In this document: positions 18,443 through 27,216 of the stretch, in pieces
How the letters are laid out: each line of letters starts with the position of its first letter
Position numbering within the stretch: position 1 is the first letter of the stretch
NCBI GenBank assembly: GCA_045612305.1
Contig: JAZKYU010000025.1
Span: 5,813-69,812 of the forward strand
DNA: 64,000 bases
From: Bacteroidaceae bacterium
GTDB lineage: Bacteria; Bacteroidota; Bacteroidia; Bacteroidales; Bacteroidaceae
Direction of reading: 5' to 3'
Notes under the pieces: generated by a model
The model's database searches: none
Told to the model about the DNA's origin: nothing
What the model saw: only the letters and a program-made list of their open reading frames with translations
Made by a program: the position numbers and the translations under genes

Positions 18443-19549
18443 ATGGCATTATACCCCAAACTTATACTCGACGCACTTACAAAAGTGCGCTACCCTGGCA
18501 GTGGTAAAAACCTTGTAGAGGCCGAGATGGTCGACGACAACATACGCATAGAGGGTAACAAGGTCTCTTTCTCGCTCATATTCGACAAGCCTACAGATCC
18601 TTTTATACGTTCTGTGGTAAAGTCGGCCGAAACGGCCATACTCACATATGTGGGCAAGGATGTGGATATTGTGGGCAACATTACAGTGGTGTCGCGTCAG
18701 GCGGCGCGCCCCGAGGTGGGCAAGTTCCTTCCCCAGGTGAAGAACGTTATAGCTGTGTCGTCGGGCAAGGGCGGTGTGGGAAAATCTACCGTGTCGGCCA
18801 ACTTGGCGATAGCGCTTGCACGCTTGGGCTATAAAGTAGGTCTTCTCGATGCCGATATATTTGGCCCCTCTATACCCAAGATGTTCAGCGTGGAGGACGC
18901 CCGCCCCTACAGCGAGCACATCGATGGTCGCGACCTTATACAACCCATTGAGAAGTATGGTGTTAAGATTCTTTCTATAGGCTTTTTTGTAGACCCTGAG
19001 CAGGCTATCTTATGGCGCGGAAGCATGGCGAGCAACGCTTTGAAACAGCTTATTGCCGACGCAAATTGGGGAGAACTCGACTATTTCCTCATCGACCTCC
19101 CTCCCGGCACGAGCGATATACACCTTACTATAGTTCAGTGCCTTGCGCTCACAGGTGCCGTGGTGGTTACAACACCGCAGGAGGTGTCGCTTGCAGCAGC
19201 TGTTAAGGGTATAAATATGTTTATAAACGAAAAGGTGGGTGTGCCCATCTTGGGCGTGGTTGAGAATATGGCGTGGTTTACACCTGCCGAGCTGCCCAAT
19301 AATAAATATTATATCTTCGGCAAGGAAGGTGGTAAACGTATGGCCGAGGCCTATAACGTGCCCCTCATAGGCCAGATACCTCTTGTTCAGAGTATCTGTG
19401 AGAGCGGCGATGCGGGTATACCCATCGCAATGCGCCAAGATACCCCCGACGGGCAAGCCTTTATGGAGGTTGCGGCTTCTTTGGTTGCAAAAACCGAAAA
19501 ACGCAATAGTGAGCTACCCGGAACAAAGATTGTGGAGACCCGCGGATAG
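18443..19549 (+). CDS. apbC: Mrp/NBP35/ApbC-family Fe-S cluster carrier ATPase
   Basis: 368 aa. N-terminal DUF59-like domain, deviant Walker [12 protein letters not shown], downstream DLPPGTSD. Confidence 0.9.
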   Translation: MALYPKLILDALTKVRYPGSGKNLVEAEMVDDNIRIEGNKVSFSLIFDKPTDPFIRSVVKSAETAILTYVGKDVDIVGNITVVSRQAARPEVGKFLPQVKNVIAVSSGKGGVGKSTVSANLAIALARLGYKVGLLDADIFGPSIPKMFSVEDARPYSEHIDGRDLIQPIEKYGVKILSIGFFVDPEQAILWRGSMASNALKQLIADANWGELDYFLIDLPPGTSDIHLTIVQCLALTGAVVVTTPQEVSLAAAVKGINMFINEKVGVPILGVVENMAWFTPAELPNNKYYIFGKEGGKRMAEAYNVPLIGQIPLVQSICESGDAGIPIAMRQDTPDGQAFMEVAASLVAKTEKRNSELPGTKIVETRG

Positions 19550-19570
19550 TTTTTATACATATATAATAAA

Positions 19571-19614
19571 CTTAGAGCGAGCGTGTAAGAATTTACACGC
19601 TCGCTCTAAGTTTT
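19571..19614. terminator. Bidirectional hairpin terminator
   Basis: CTTAGAGCGAGCGTGTAA / TTACACGCTCGCTCTAAG is an 18-bp perfect stem followed by TTTT. Lies between convergent apbC and the small membrane-protein gene. Confidence 0.85.
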
Positions 19615-19626
19615 GTTAAGGGTATT

Positions 19627-19845
19627 TTATAAGGCCTGTACTTTGTAATAAAAATATATTGCGGCAGTTATTAGCAGCACGCCCACCGCGCCATATATTA
19701 TGCGGCCTCCTCTGCGTCCGAGGTTTTTCACGATGAAATCGGCGTTTTTTGTGGTAAAAAACCACTCCCAGTCTAATATCGAGGCGAGCAAAGCGGTGAG
19801 CCCTGCCGCAACAAATATTGTTTGTATTATGCTGTGCAGAACCAT
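19627..19845 (-). CDS. Small two-TM membrane protein (hypothetical)
   Basis: 72 aa with two hydrophobic helices flanking a basic loop (KNLGRRGGR). Starts 3 nt after the thiL stop. Any resemblance to Imm17-type small membrane proteins is only a vague recollection. Confidence 0.55.
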   Translation of the reverse strand: MVLHSIIQTIFVAAGLTALLASILDWEWFFTTKNADFIVKNLGRRGGRIIYGAVGVLLITAAIYFYYKVQAL

Positions 19846-19848
19846 CTC

Positions 19849-20880
19849 TTACTCCTTAACCCAGCCTTGTGCTTTGAGCTCCATCTCTACGCCGTCGCGG
19901 GTGATGAGGGCAAGTCCCATACTCTTGTCTACGATGTGGCCGATGATCTTTATATCCTTCATCGCTGCAACTTTTTCGTGGTCGGCGATGGGCACGGTGA
20001 ACAACAACTCGTAGTCCTCACCGCCGTTAAGCGCGCAGGTTATTACGTTTAAGTTCAGCTCCTCGGCCATTATGGCGGTTTGGTAGTCTATGGGTATGCG
20101 CTCCTCGTATATACGGCAACCAGTCTGGCTCTGTTTGCATATATGCATAAGTTCCGATGAGAGACCGTCGGATATATCAATCATCGAGGTGGGTTTTATG
20201 TTCTCCTCGCGCAATTTTTCTATGATGTCTTTGCGGGCTTCGGGCTTGAGCTGGCGCTCGAGTATATACTCTTTGCCGGCAAAGTCGGGCTGCATATCTT
20301 TGCCCTGTGTGGCTATCTTCTCTCGCTCCAGCAACTGCAAGCCCATATAGGCTGCGCCAAGGTTGCCGCTCACGCAGATGAGGTCGGTCTCTTTAGCTCC
20401 GTTACGTTTTACGCTTGTGCCCTTGGGGGCTGTGCCTATAACGGTGATGCTTATTGCGAGGCCTGTTACCGATGCGGTTGTGTCGCCGCCCACGATATCC
20501 ACACTGTGTTGGCTGCAGGCGAGTTTAAGGCCTTCGTAAAAGTCTTCGAGGTCTTCTATACAGAACTTTTTGCTCACTGCAAGCGACACGGTTATCTGCT
20601 TGGGTGTACCGTTCATCGCATAGATGTCGGAAAAATTGGCCATGGCAGCTTTGTAGCCCAAGTGCTTGAGCGGGAAGTATGTGAGGTCGAAATTAACACC
20701 TTCCATAAGCAGGTCGGTGCTCACAAGGACTTCGTCGTTGCTGTCGAAGTTTAGCGCGGCTGCATCGTCGCCCACCCCCAACAAACTCTCTTTGTTGCCG
20801 AGGGTGATGCCCGATGTAAGGTGTTCTATAAGTCCGAACTCTCCGAGAGTGGAAATTTCGGTGCGTTTGCTTGTGTTCAT
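19849..20880 (-). CDS. thiL: Thiamine-monophosphate kinase
   Basis: 343 aa. LGEFGLIEHL, GVGDDAA and GGDTT motifs of the AIR-synthase-related ThiL family. Confidence 0.9.
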   Translation of the reverse strand: MNTSKRTEISTLGEFGLIEHLTSGITLGNKESLLGVGDDAAALNFDSNDEVLVSTDLLMEGVNFDLTYFPLKHLGYKAAMANFSDIYAMNGTPKQITVSLAVSKKFCIEDLEDFYEGLKLACSQHSVDIVGGDTTASVTGLAISITVIGTAPKGTSVKRNGAKETDLICVSGNLGAAYMGLQLLEREKIATQGKDMQPDFAGKEYILERQLKPEARKDIIEKLREENIKPTSMIDISDGLSSELMHICKQSQTGCRIYEERIPIDYQTAIMAEELNLNVITCALNGGEDYELLFTVPIADHEKVAAMKDIKIIGHIVDKSMGLALITRDGVEMELKAQGWVKE

Positions 20881-20898
20881 TCTGTGTTGAGTGGTTCT

Positions 20899-21708
20899 TT
20901 ATGCTCTGTTTACTATCTCGCGGAAGATGGTTGTCATGCGGGGTTGTGCGGCATCGGCTGCTTTCTGTACCTCCTCGTGGCTAACCTCCTCTACTATGCC
21001 CTCTACGCCAAGGTCAGTGATAACCGAAATTCCAAAAACCTTGATGCCGCAGTGGCGTGCAACGATAACCTCGGGCACGGTTGACATACCAACAGCGTCG
21101 CCACCCATGCGGTGGAACATACGGTACTCGGAAGGTGTCTCAAATGTGGGGCCCTGTGTGCCTAGGTATACGCCCTCAACAACGCGTATGCCCTTCTCGG
21201 CTGCAATCTCTTTTGCAAGAGCTATCAGCTCGGGGTCGTATGTCTTGCTCATATCGGGGAAACGGTCGCCATAAGGGATGTTCTTGCCACGCAAGGGGTG
21301 CTCGGGGAACATATTTATGTGGTCGGTTATAATCATAAGGTCGCCGATGATGAAGTTGGGGTCCATACCGCCTGCAGCGTTAGAGACGAAGAGGGTTTTG
21401 ATGCCAAGCTCGCGCATAACACGCACGGGGAAGGTAACCTCTTTCATAGAGTAGCCCTCGTAGAAGTGAAAACGGCCCTGCATAGCCATAATCTCTTTGT
21501 TGCCAAGCTTGCCGAAGATGAGCTTGCCCGAGTGTCCCTCAACGGTTGAGAGGGGGAAGTTTGGGATATCTTCGTATTTTATCTCGTACTTGTCGGTAAT
21601 CTCGTTTACAAGGCTGCCGAGGCCTGTGCCCAAAATTATGGCAGTTTGGGGTGCTGTGGTCATTTTAGACTTCAAAAAATCAGCTGTTTCTTGTATTTTC
21701 TGTAACAT
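20899..21708 (-). CDS. punA: Purine nucleoside phosphorylase (trimeric PNP/PunA type)
   Basis: 269 aa. ILGTGLG, VEGHSGKL, MQGRFHFYEGY and GMSTVPEV motifs. Confidence 0.9.
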   Translation of the reverse strand: MLQKIQETADFLKSKMTTAPQTAIILGTGLGSLVNEITDKYEIKYEDIPNFPLSTVEGHSGKLIFGKLGNKEIMAMQGRFHFYEGYSMKEVTFPVRVMRELGIKTLFVSNAAGGMDPNFIIGDLMIITDHINMFPEHPLRGKNIPYGDRFPDMSKTYDPELIALAKEIAAEKGIRVVEGVYLGTQGPTFETPSEYRMFHRMGGDAVGMSTVPEVIVARHCGIKVFGISVITDLGVEGIVEEVSHEEVQKAADAAQPRMTTIFREIVNRA

Positions 21709-22753
21709 AATCTATAATTATTTGGTTAAACATTTTTTCTTCGTTGTTAAGTATCTTCACCTCTATGGGTATCGCATATATACTCTCCTTTATTATTTGT
21801 GGGAGGTTGTCTATGTCGCGCAGTCTTGTTGCGTCTTTTTCTGTTGTTAATATGGCTTTCTGCCCTGTTAGTTTTGCAAACCGTGCTGCAATATCCTCTA
21901 TGTCGCCCGCGGTAAAGTTGTGGTGGTCGGCATACTGCATAAGGGTTACTGCGGAGCCGCTTTTTTCTACCTCTTTTTTAAGCGGCTCGGGCTTGGCTAT
22001 ACCTGTGAGCAGCAATATGTTGTCTGCGTCGAGCTTCCGGGGTGCCGTGTCGGGGAAAAGGGGGTAGGGTGTGCCATACTCTACTGTAGAGAAAAACACC
22101 GGTGTGCCGGGTTTTGTTCTCAAGCTGGTTTTGCAGTGCTCCATCTGTGCGGCGGTTATCTCTTTGTTGCACTTGGTTATTACAACGATGTCGGCACGGG
22201 CGGCTCCTTTGTCGCTTTCGCGCAGGCGGCCGAAGGGGAGCAAGGCGTCGTTCCAAATGGGGCGGTTGCTGTCGACAAGCAGTATGTAGAGCCCTGCTTT
22301 TATGTGGCGGTGCTGATAGGCGTCGTCGAGCAGCACTACCGCGGGGGCGTTTTTCTCCTTCAAGAGGTTGCTTACGCCTGCAACGCGTCGCTCACACACT
22401 GCAACAGTTATGTCGGGGAACTTTTTCTTTATCTGGAAGGGCTCGTCGCCTATAACAGGCATCGGTGTCGTGTCGTCGGCTTTTATGTATCCCTTGCTCT
22501 TGCGTCCGTAGCCACGGCTCAAGACGGCGAGGTTGTGCTCGTCTTTTAACAGCCTTATAATATATTCTGTGTGAGGGGTTTTGCCTGTCCCTCCCACGCT
22601 TATGTTACCTATGCATATTATGGGCAGGCCGAAGGCTCTGCTTTCGAGTCTCCCGGTGTCGAACGCCTTGTTCCTCGCTGCTGTTATCCAGGCGTAAGGG
22701 TTGAGCGCGTCGGCTATTATTCTTAGCTTGCTCTTTTTCTGCTGCATATACAC
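21680..22753 (-). CDS. lpxK: Tetraacyldisaccharide 4'-kinase
   Basis: 357 aa. P-loop GNISVGGTGKTP, SRGYGR, DDAYQH. Its 3' end overlaps the PNP start by 29 nt. Confidence 0.9.
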   Translation of the reverse strand: MYMQQKKSKLRIIADALNPYAWITAARNKAFDTGRLESRAFGLPIICIGNISVGGTGKTPHTEYIIRLLKDEHNLAVLSRGYGRKSKGYIKADDTTPMPVIGDEPFQIKKKFPDITVAVCERRVAGVSNLLKEKNAPAVVLLDDAYQHRHIKAGLYILLVDSNRPIWNDALLPFGRLRESDKGAARADIVVITKCNKEITAAQMEHCKTSLRTKPGTPVFFSTVEYGTPYPLFPDTAPRKLDADNILLLTGIAKPEPLKKEVEKSGSAVTLMQYADHHNFTAGDIEDIAARFAKLTGQKAILTTEKDATRLRDIDNLPQIIKESIYAIPIEVKILNNEEKMFNQIIIDYVTENTRNS

Positions 22754-23001
22754 ATAATTGTTTAATGCAAATTTAATGAATAATTTAATAGCTCGAATAA
22801 TTTAAGTGCATTTTATCCGTTTATAAATATAGAAAATTGTTAAAAAGGTGTGTCTCACCCGCTTTTTTACCTTTTTAGGCGTAAGTTTTTTTTATAAATG
22901 TTTATGTATTTGAAAAAAAAAATTACTTTTGCCGTGAGATAGAGTGCGGGTTTTAAAAAGATTTTGTATCTTGCGCTACTTTTTATACCCTTCGTGTCTT
23001 T

Positions 23002-23089
23002 GGAAAGGTGCTCGAGTGGTTGAAGAGGCACGCCTGGAAAGCGTGTATACGTCAAAAACGTATCGGGGGTTCGAATCCCCCTCTTTCCG
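23002..23089 (+). tRNA. tRNA-Ser (anticodon GGA)
   Basis: Cloverleaf read by hand. Acceptor GGAAAGG/TCTTTCC (one G-U pair), 3-bp D stem CTC/GAG, anticodon stem CACGC/GCGTG with loop CTGGAAA, long variable arm (TATACGTCAAAAACGTATC), T arm GGGGG-TTCGAAT-CCCCC, discriminator G. CCA is not encoded. Confidence 0.93.
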
Positions 23090-23141
23090 CAAGTTTGAGA
23101 TAATATTAACTTAAAATATCAATTTTTAAAAATTACACACA

Positions 23142-23969
23142 ATGAAAAAGCTTTTTGCAATTGTTGCAATGTTGGGTATGTTTACATTTGGTACCCAAAT
23201 GGTTTATGCACAGGACGAAGTTGCTCCTATTTCTACAGAGGTAAGTGATTCTACTGCTACAGATTCTACAGCCGTTGCCGATGAGGCTCCCGTTGCTGAC
23301 GAGGCTCCCGTAGTTGTTGAAGAGGCCGAGCAAGAGGGTTTCCACAAAATCCTTAAGACAAAGTTCATCGAGGGTGATGCTGCGTTTATGTCATTGGTTG
23401 CCATCGCTATGGTTATCGGTTTGGCATTCTGTATCGAGCGTATCATCTACTTGAGCCTTGCACAGGTTAACACAAAGAAACTTATGGAGGCTATTGCAGC
23501 AGCTCTTGAGGCTAAAGACGTAGAGAAAGCAAAGGATATCTGCCGCAACACAGCAGGTCCCGTAGCTGCTATCTGCTATCAGGGTTTGATGCGTATCGAC
23601 GAGGGTCTCGACACTGTTGAGCGTTCTGTAGTTTCTTACGGTAGCGTTCAGAGCGGTCTTCTCGAGAAGGGTTGCTCTTGGATTACTCTTCTTATCGCGA
23701 TGGCTCCTTCTCTCGGATTCTTGGGTACTGTGATCGGTATGGTTATGGCGTTCGACGAAATCCAGCGTGCAGGTGATATCTCTCCGACTATCGTTGCCGG
23801 TGGTATGAAAGTGGCCTTGATTACAACTATCTACGGTATCATTGTAGCTCTTATCCTTCAGATTTTCTACAACTACATCCTTGGTAAGATCGAGGCTATC
23901 ACAGCCGATATGGAGGATTCTTCAATCGTTCTCCTCGACCTTCTCACAAAGTACAACCTTAAGAAGTAA
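23142..23969 (+). CDS. exbB: MotA/TolQ/ExbB proton-channel protein with acidic repeat-containing N-terminal extension
   Basis: 275 aa. Signal peptide, acidic low-complexity segment (ADEAPVADEAPVVVEEAEQE), then 3 TM with the ExbB-type GLLGTVIGM-like motif (GFLGTVIGMVMAF). Confidence 0.88.
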   Translation: MKKLFAIVAMLGMFTFGTQMVYAQDEVAPISTEVSDSTATDSTAVADEAPVADEAPVVVEEAEQEGFHKILKTKFIEGDAAFMSLVAIAMVIGLAFCIERIIYLSLAQVNTKKLMEAIAAALEAKDVEKAKDICRNTAGPVAAICYQGLMRIDEGLDTVERSVVSYGSVQSGLLEKGCSWITLLIAMAPSLGFLGTVIGMVMAFDEIQRAGDISPTIVAGGMKVALITTIYGIIVALILQIFYNYILGKIEAITADMEDSSIVLLDLLTKYNLKK

Positions 23970-23997
23970 TTTTAACAGCTCTAAATATAAATAAATT

Positions 23998-24492
23998 ATG
24001 AAAGCTGAAATGTTTAGTAAAATATCATCATACATCTTCCTCGCCCTGATGGTAATAACAGGCGTTGTGCTTGTTCTGTTCTACGGCGTGGGTTACGACA
24101 ACCAGTCGGCTGTTACCGGTGGTGCTTATGTTACCGACCCTCAGTATACCGACTTGTTGATGTACTGGATGTATGCTTTGATGGCAATCACCATCATATG
24201 TGTGGTGGTGTTTGGCCTGATGCAGTTCGGTGCCAACATGATTGCTAACCCCAAAGGTGCTTTTAAGAGCCTTGGTGCTTTATTAGCGTTGGTTGCTTTG
24301 TTTGTTGTAGCTTATTTGTTCTCTTCAAGCGAGCCTATCCTTATCAACGGAACAGTGTTTGAGGATGCAGCAATATTGCTTATAACAGACGTTTGCCTCT
24401 ATGTAATCTATACTTTGTTGGCCGTTTCGCTTGTAGCAGCAATATTCAGCCTTTTGGGCGTGTTTAACATGTTTAATAAAGTAAAAGCATAA
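23998..24492 (+). CDS. Hypothetical 4-TM membrane protein inside the exbB-exbD cluster
   Basis: 164 aa with four hydrophobic helices and no recognisable motif. Sits between exbB and exbD. Confidence 0.6.
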   Translation: MKAEMFSKISSYIFLALMVITGVVLVLFYGVGYDNQSAVTGGAYVTDPQYTDLLMYWMYALMAITIICVVVFGLMQFGANMIANPKGAFKSLGALLALVALFVVAYLFSSSEPILINGTVFEDAAILLITDVCLYVIYTLLAVSLVAAIFSLLGVFNMFNKVKA

Positions 24493-24497
24493 AACAA

Positions 24498-25094
24498 ATG
24501 GGTAAAAGAAAAGTTCCGGGAATTAACGCCTCTTCAACGGCCGACATCTCGTTCATCTTGCTCATCTTCTTCTTGGTAACCACTTCAATGGATACCGACC
24601 GCGGTTTGCAGGTGCGTTTGCCCCAGCCTCCCGACGAAACACAGTTGCAGGATCCTCCCAAGATTCGTAAACGTAACAGCCTTATTGTTAATGTGAATAT
24701 GAACAACGAGATTCTTGTAACACAGGGAGAGAAGGCTCCTTACGTTATTGCCGTAACTGAGTTGCGCGCTTTGGCGAAAGAGTTTATAGCCAACCCCGAC
24801 AACCGTCCCGACTATCCCGAGAAGCATTCGGAGAAGCTGCCCGATCCCTTCGGCGTGCAGATGGTTACCAACAAGCACGTAATCTCTTTGCAGACCGACC
24901 GTGCAACAAACTACGACACCTACTTCCAGGTGGAGAACGAGTTGTATGGTGCCTACAACGAGCTTCGTGACGAGTTGGCAAGAAAGACTTTCGGACGTCC
25001 GTTTGCAGAGTGCAACGAAGACCAGCAGTTTGCTTGTCGTATGTACTACAAAACTATGATATCGGAGGCTGAGCCCCGTACATATAATAAATAA
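24498..25094 (+). CDS. exbD: ExbD/TolR biopolymer transport protein (long form)
   Basis: 198 aa. N-terminal INASSTADISFILLIFFLVTT TM anchor typical of ExbD, followed by a periplasmic domain. Confidence 0.85.
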   Translation: MGKRKVPGINASSTADISFILLIFFLVTTSMDTDRGLQVRLPQPPDETQLQDPPKIRKRNSLIVNVNMNNEILVTQGEKAPYVIAVTELRALAKEFIANPDNRPDYPEKHSEKLPDPFGVQMVTNKHVISLQTDRATNYDTYFQVENELYGAYNELRDELARKTFGRPFAECNEDQQFACRMYYKTMISEAEPRTYNK

Positions 25095-25101
25095 TGTTAT
25101 T

Positions 25102-25563
25102 ATGAGTAAGTTCGGAAAAAAAGAAAAGGCAGAAATGCCCGAGTTGAACACCTCGTCATTGCCTGACTTGATTTTCTCTATCCTCTTCTTCTTCATGATT
25201 GTAACATCAATGCGTGAGGTAGAGTTGAAGGTGGAGTTCAAGATACCCCAGGGAACCGAGTTGGAAAAACTTGAGCGTAAGTCTTTGGTATCAAATATTT
25301 ATATCGGTAAGCCTACTCGCGACTATCGTGCGAAGTTGGGTCCTGCGAGCCGCATTCAGCTCAACGACAAGTTTGCCGATGTATCGCACATCCGCGAGTA
25401 TGTACAGGACGAGCGCGAGAGCTTGGCAGAGCGCGATAAACCTTTTATGAAGATTTCTATTAAGGCCGACGTGAACACTGAGATGGGTATCATCACCGAC
25501 GTGAAGATGGAGCTTCGTAAGGCTTGGGCGTTGAGTATTGTTTACTCTTCGTCACAGCGCTAA
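25102..25563 (+). CDS. exbD: ExbD/TolR biopolymer transport protein
   Basis: 153 aa. ELNTSSLPDLIFSILFFFMIVT anchor. Second paralog in tandem. Confidence 0.85.
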   Translation: MSKFGKKEKAEMPELNTSSLPDLIFSILFFFMIVTSMREVELKVEFKIPQGTELEKLERKSLVSNIYIGKPTRDYRAKLGPASRIQLNDKFADVSHIREYVQDERESLAERDKPFMKISIKADVNTEMGIITDVKMELRKAWALSIVYSSSQR

Positions 25564-25600
25564 AATGTGATTATCTCCCGTTTGAGGGATGCTAAATAGA

Positions 25601-25632
25601 AAGGGCTACCGCAATCGCGGTAGCCCTTTTTT
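25601..25632. terminator. Bidirectional hairpin terminator between exbD and folA
   Basis: GGGCTACCGC-AATC-GCGGTAGCCC is a 10-bp stem, flanked by AA on the left and TTTTTT on the right. Confidence 0.85.
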
Positions 25633-25660
25633 ATGGTGAAGCGGGCAGTGTGCCTTGCTT

Positions 25661-26152
25661 TTATCGTTTTACATAGGTTTTGAAGGTGTAGCTGTGAGTG
25701 TGCTTCTCGTCGATGCCGTGCTCCTCTTGCTCTATAATTTCCCACTCTTTTTTGTCGAAGGTGGGGAAAAAGGCATCGGCCTCGGCGGGGGTGTCTTTGA
25801 CCTCGGTGAGGCAGAGGATGTCGGCGATGGGGAGAGCGTGGCGGTATAGCTGCTCGCCACCTATTATATATACAATTCCCTCATCGGAACAGTTTGAAAG
25901 GGCTTCCTCGAGCGAGGTAAAATGCTCGGCTCCAAGGAAGGCGCTCTCTTTGCGCGACAAAACTATGTTGCGGCGGTTGGGTAACGCTCCTTTAGGCAGG
26001 GAACGAAAGGTGTTGCTGCCCATAATTATGGTGTGGCCTGTTGTGAGCTCTTTGAAGCGCTTTAGGTCGTTGGGCAGCCAGTAAATGAGCTTGTTCTCGT
26101 GTCCTATGGCGTTGTTCTCGGCCACGGCGGCGATGAGGGCTACTTTGTACAT
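25661..26152 (-). CDS. folA: Dihydrofolate reductase
   Basis: 163 aa. IAAVAENNAIG, LPNDLKRFKELT, IIMGSNTF, YIIGGEQLY. Confidence 0.92.
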   Translation of the reverse strand: MYKVALIAAVAENNAIGHENKLIYWLPNDLKRFKELTTGHTIIMGSNTFRSLPKGALPNRRNIVLSRKESAFLGAEHFTSLEEALSNCSDEGIVYIIGGEQLYRHALPIADILCLTEVKDTPAEADAFFPTFDKKEWEIIEQEEHGIDEKHTHSYTFKTYVKR

Positions 26153-26166
26153 AGGTGTGGGTTTTA

Positions 26167-26961
26167 TTACACGGCTACAACACCTTTGATGTGGGGGTGT
26201 GCGTCGTAGTCTTCGAGTGAAAAATCTTCGAATTTAAAGCTAAAAATGTCCTTTACATCGGGGTTTATTACCATGCGTGGGAGCTTCTTGGGCTCGCGAG
26301 TGAGCTGTAGTTTTACCTGCTCTATGTGGTTGAGGTATATGTGTGCGTCGCCCAATGTGTGTATAAAATCTCCTGCTTTGAGGCCTGTGACTTGTGCCAT
26401 CATTAGCAGCAACAGGGAGTACGATGCTATGTTAAAGGGAACGCCCAAGAAGCAGTCGGCGCTGCGTTGGTAGAGCTGCAAGCTCAAGCGGCCGTCGGCT
26501 ACATAGAACTGAAACATTGCGTGGCAGGGTGGTAAGTTCATGTTTTTTATGTCGCCTACGTTCCAGGCGTTTACAATTATGCGGCGTGAGTCGGGGTTGT
26601 TTTTAAGTGTCTCTACAACCTCTTTTATCTGGTCGATGTGCTCGCCGTTGTAACCCGGCCACGAGCGCCACTGATAACCGTAGATGTGGCCTAAATCGCC
26701 CTTTTCATCGGCCCATTCGTTCCAAATTCTCACCCCGTTATCTTGCAGATACTTTACATTTGTGTCGCCGTTGAGGAACCATAAAAGTTCGTGTATGATG
26801 GATTTTAGATGTAGCTTCTTTGTGGTGAGGCAGGGAAACCCCTCCTCGAGGTTGAAGCGCATCTGATGGCCGAACACGCTTATTGTTCCCGTGCCGGTTC
26901 TGTCGTCTTTTTTTGTACCCTCGGTGAGTATTCTGTCGAGCAGGTCTAAATATTGTTTCAT
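26167..26961 (-). CDS. thyA: Thymidylate synthase (ThyA)
   Basis: 264 aa. DRTGTGT, active-site [19 protein letters not shown]. Confidence 0.95.
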   Translation of the reverse strand: MKQYLDLLDRILTEGTKKDDRTGTGTISVFGHQMRFNLEEGFPCLTTKKLHLKSIIHELLWFLNGDTNVKYLQDNGVRIWNEWADEKGDLGHIYGYQWRSWPGYNGEHIDQIKEVVETLKNNPDSRRIIVNAWNVGDIKNMNLPPCHAMFQFYVADGRLSLQLYQRSADCFLGVPFNIASYSLLLLMMAQVTGLKAGDFIHTLGDAHIYLNHIEQVKLQLTREPKKLPRMVINPDVKDIFSFKFEDFSLEDYDAHPHIKGVVAV

Positions 26962-26984
26962 AACGTTTTGTTTTTCCGATAATG

Positions 26985-26992
26985 CGAAGATA
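26985..26992 (-). promoter_or_regulatory. Candidate variant -7 box (TATCTTCG) for thyA-folA
   Basis: Part of the recurrent 11-mer TATCTTCGCAT. Lies 24 nt upstream of the thyA ATG at 26961. Confidence 0.4.
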
Positions 26993-27153
26993 CGATTTAT
27001 TTTTCGACAATAAAATATTGTTCGATGATAATTGTTTTTTTTTGCGTGTTGTTTTTGTGCAGTTTGTTGGTTGATTGTGTGGCTTTATGGTGTTGTTTTG
27101 TGGCGAGGTGCTAATTGTGTGGCACATATGGTATTTTACATAAAAATTTTCAC

Positions 27154-27161
27154 TATCTTTG
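27154..27161 (+). promoter_or_regulatory. Candidate -7 box TATCTTTG for the rsmF-like gene
   Basis: TAnnTTTG match 55 nt upstream of the ATG at 27217. Confidence 0.45.
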
Positions 27162-27216
27162 TAACCTACGGTTACAAGCGTGCCACGTTGTGGGCTTGCG
27201 CGTGGAATATTGCAAT

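Noticed and set aside
21680-21708. 29-nt overlap between lpxK and the PNP gene as a possible frameshift or fusion
   Set aside because: Both reading frames are complete with normal termini. Short overlaps are common in this window (mnmA/xseA 14 nt, several ATGA/TAATG junctions). A later PNP start at Met16 is possible but not required.
22867-23055. 62-aa minus-strand ORF
   Set aside because: It overlaps tRNA-Ser and AT-rich intergenic DNA and has no coding signal.
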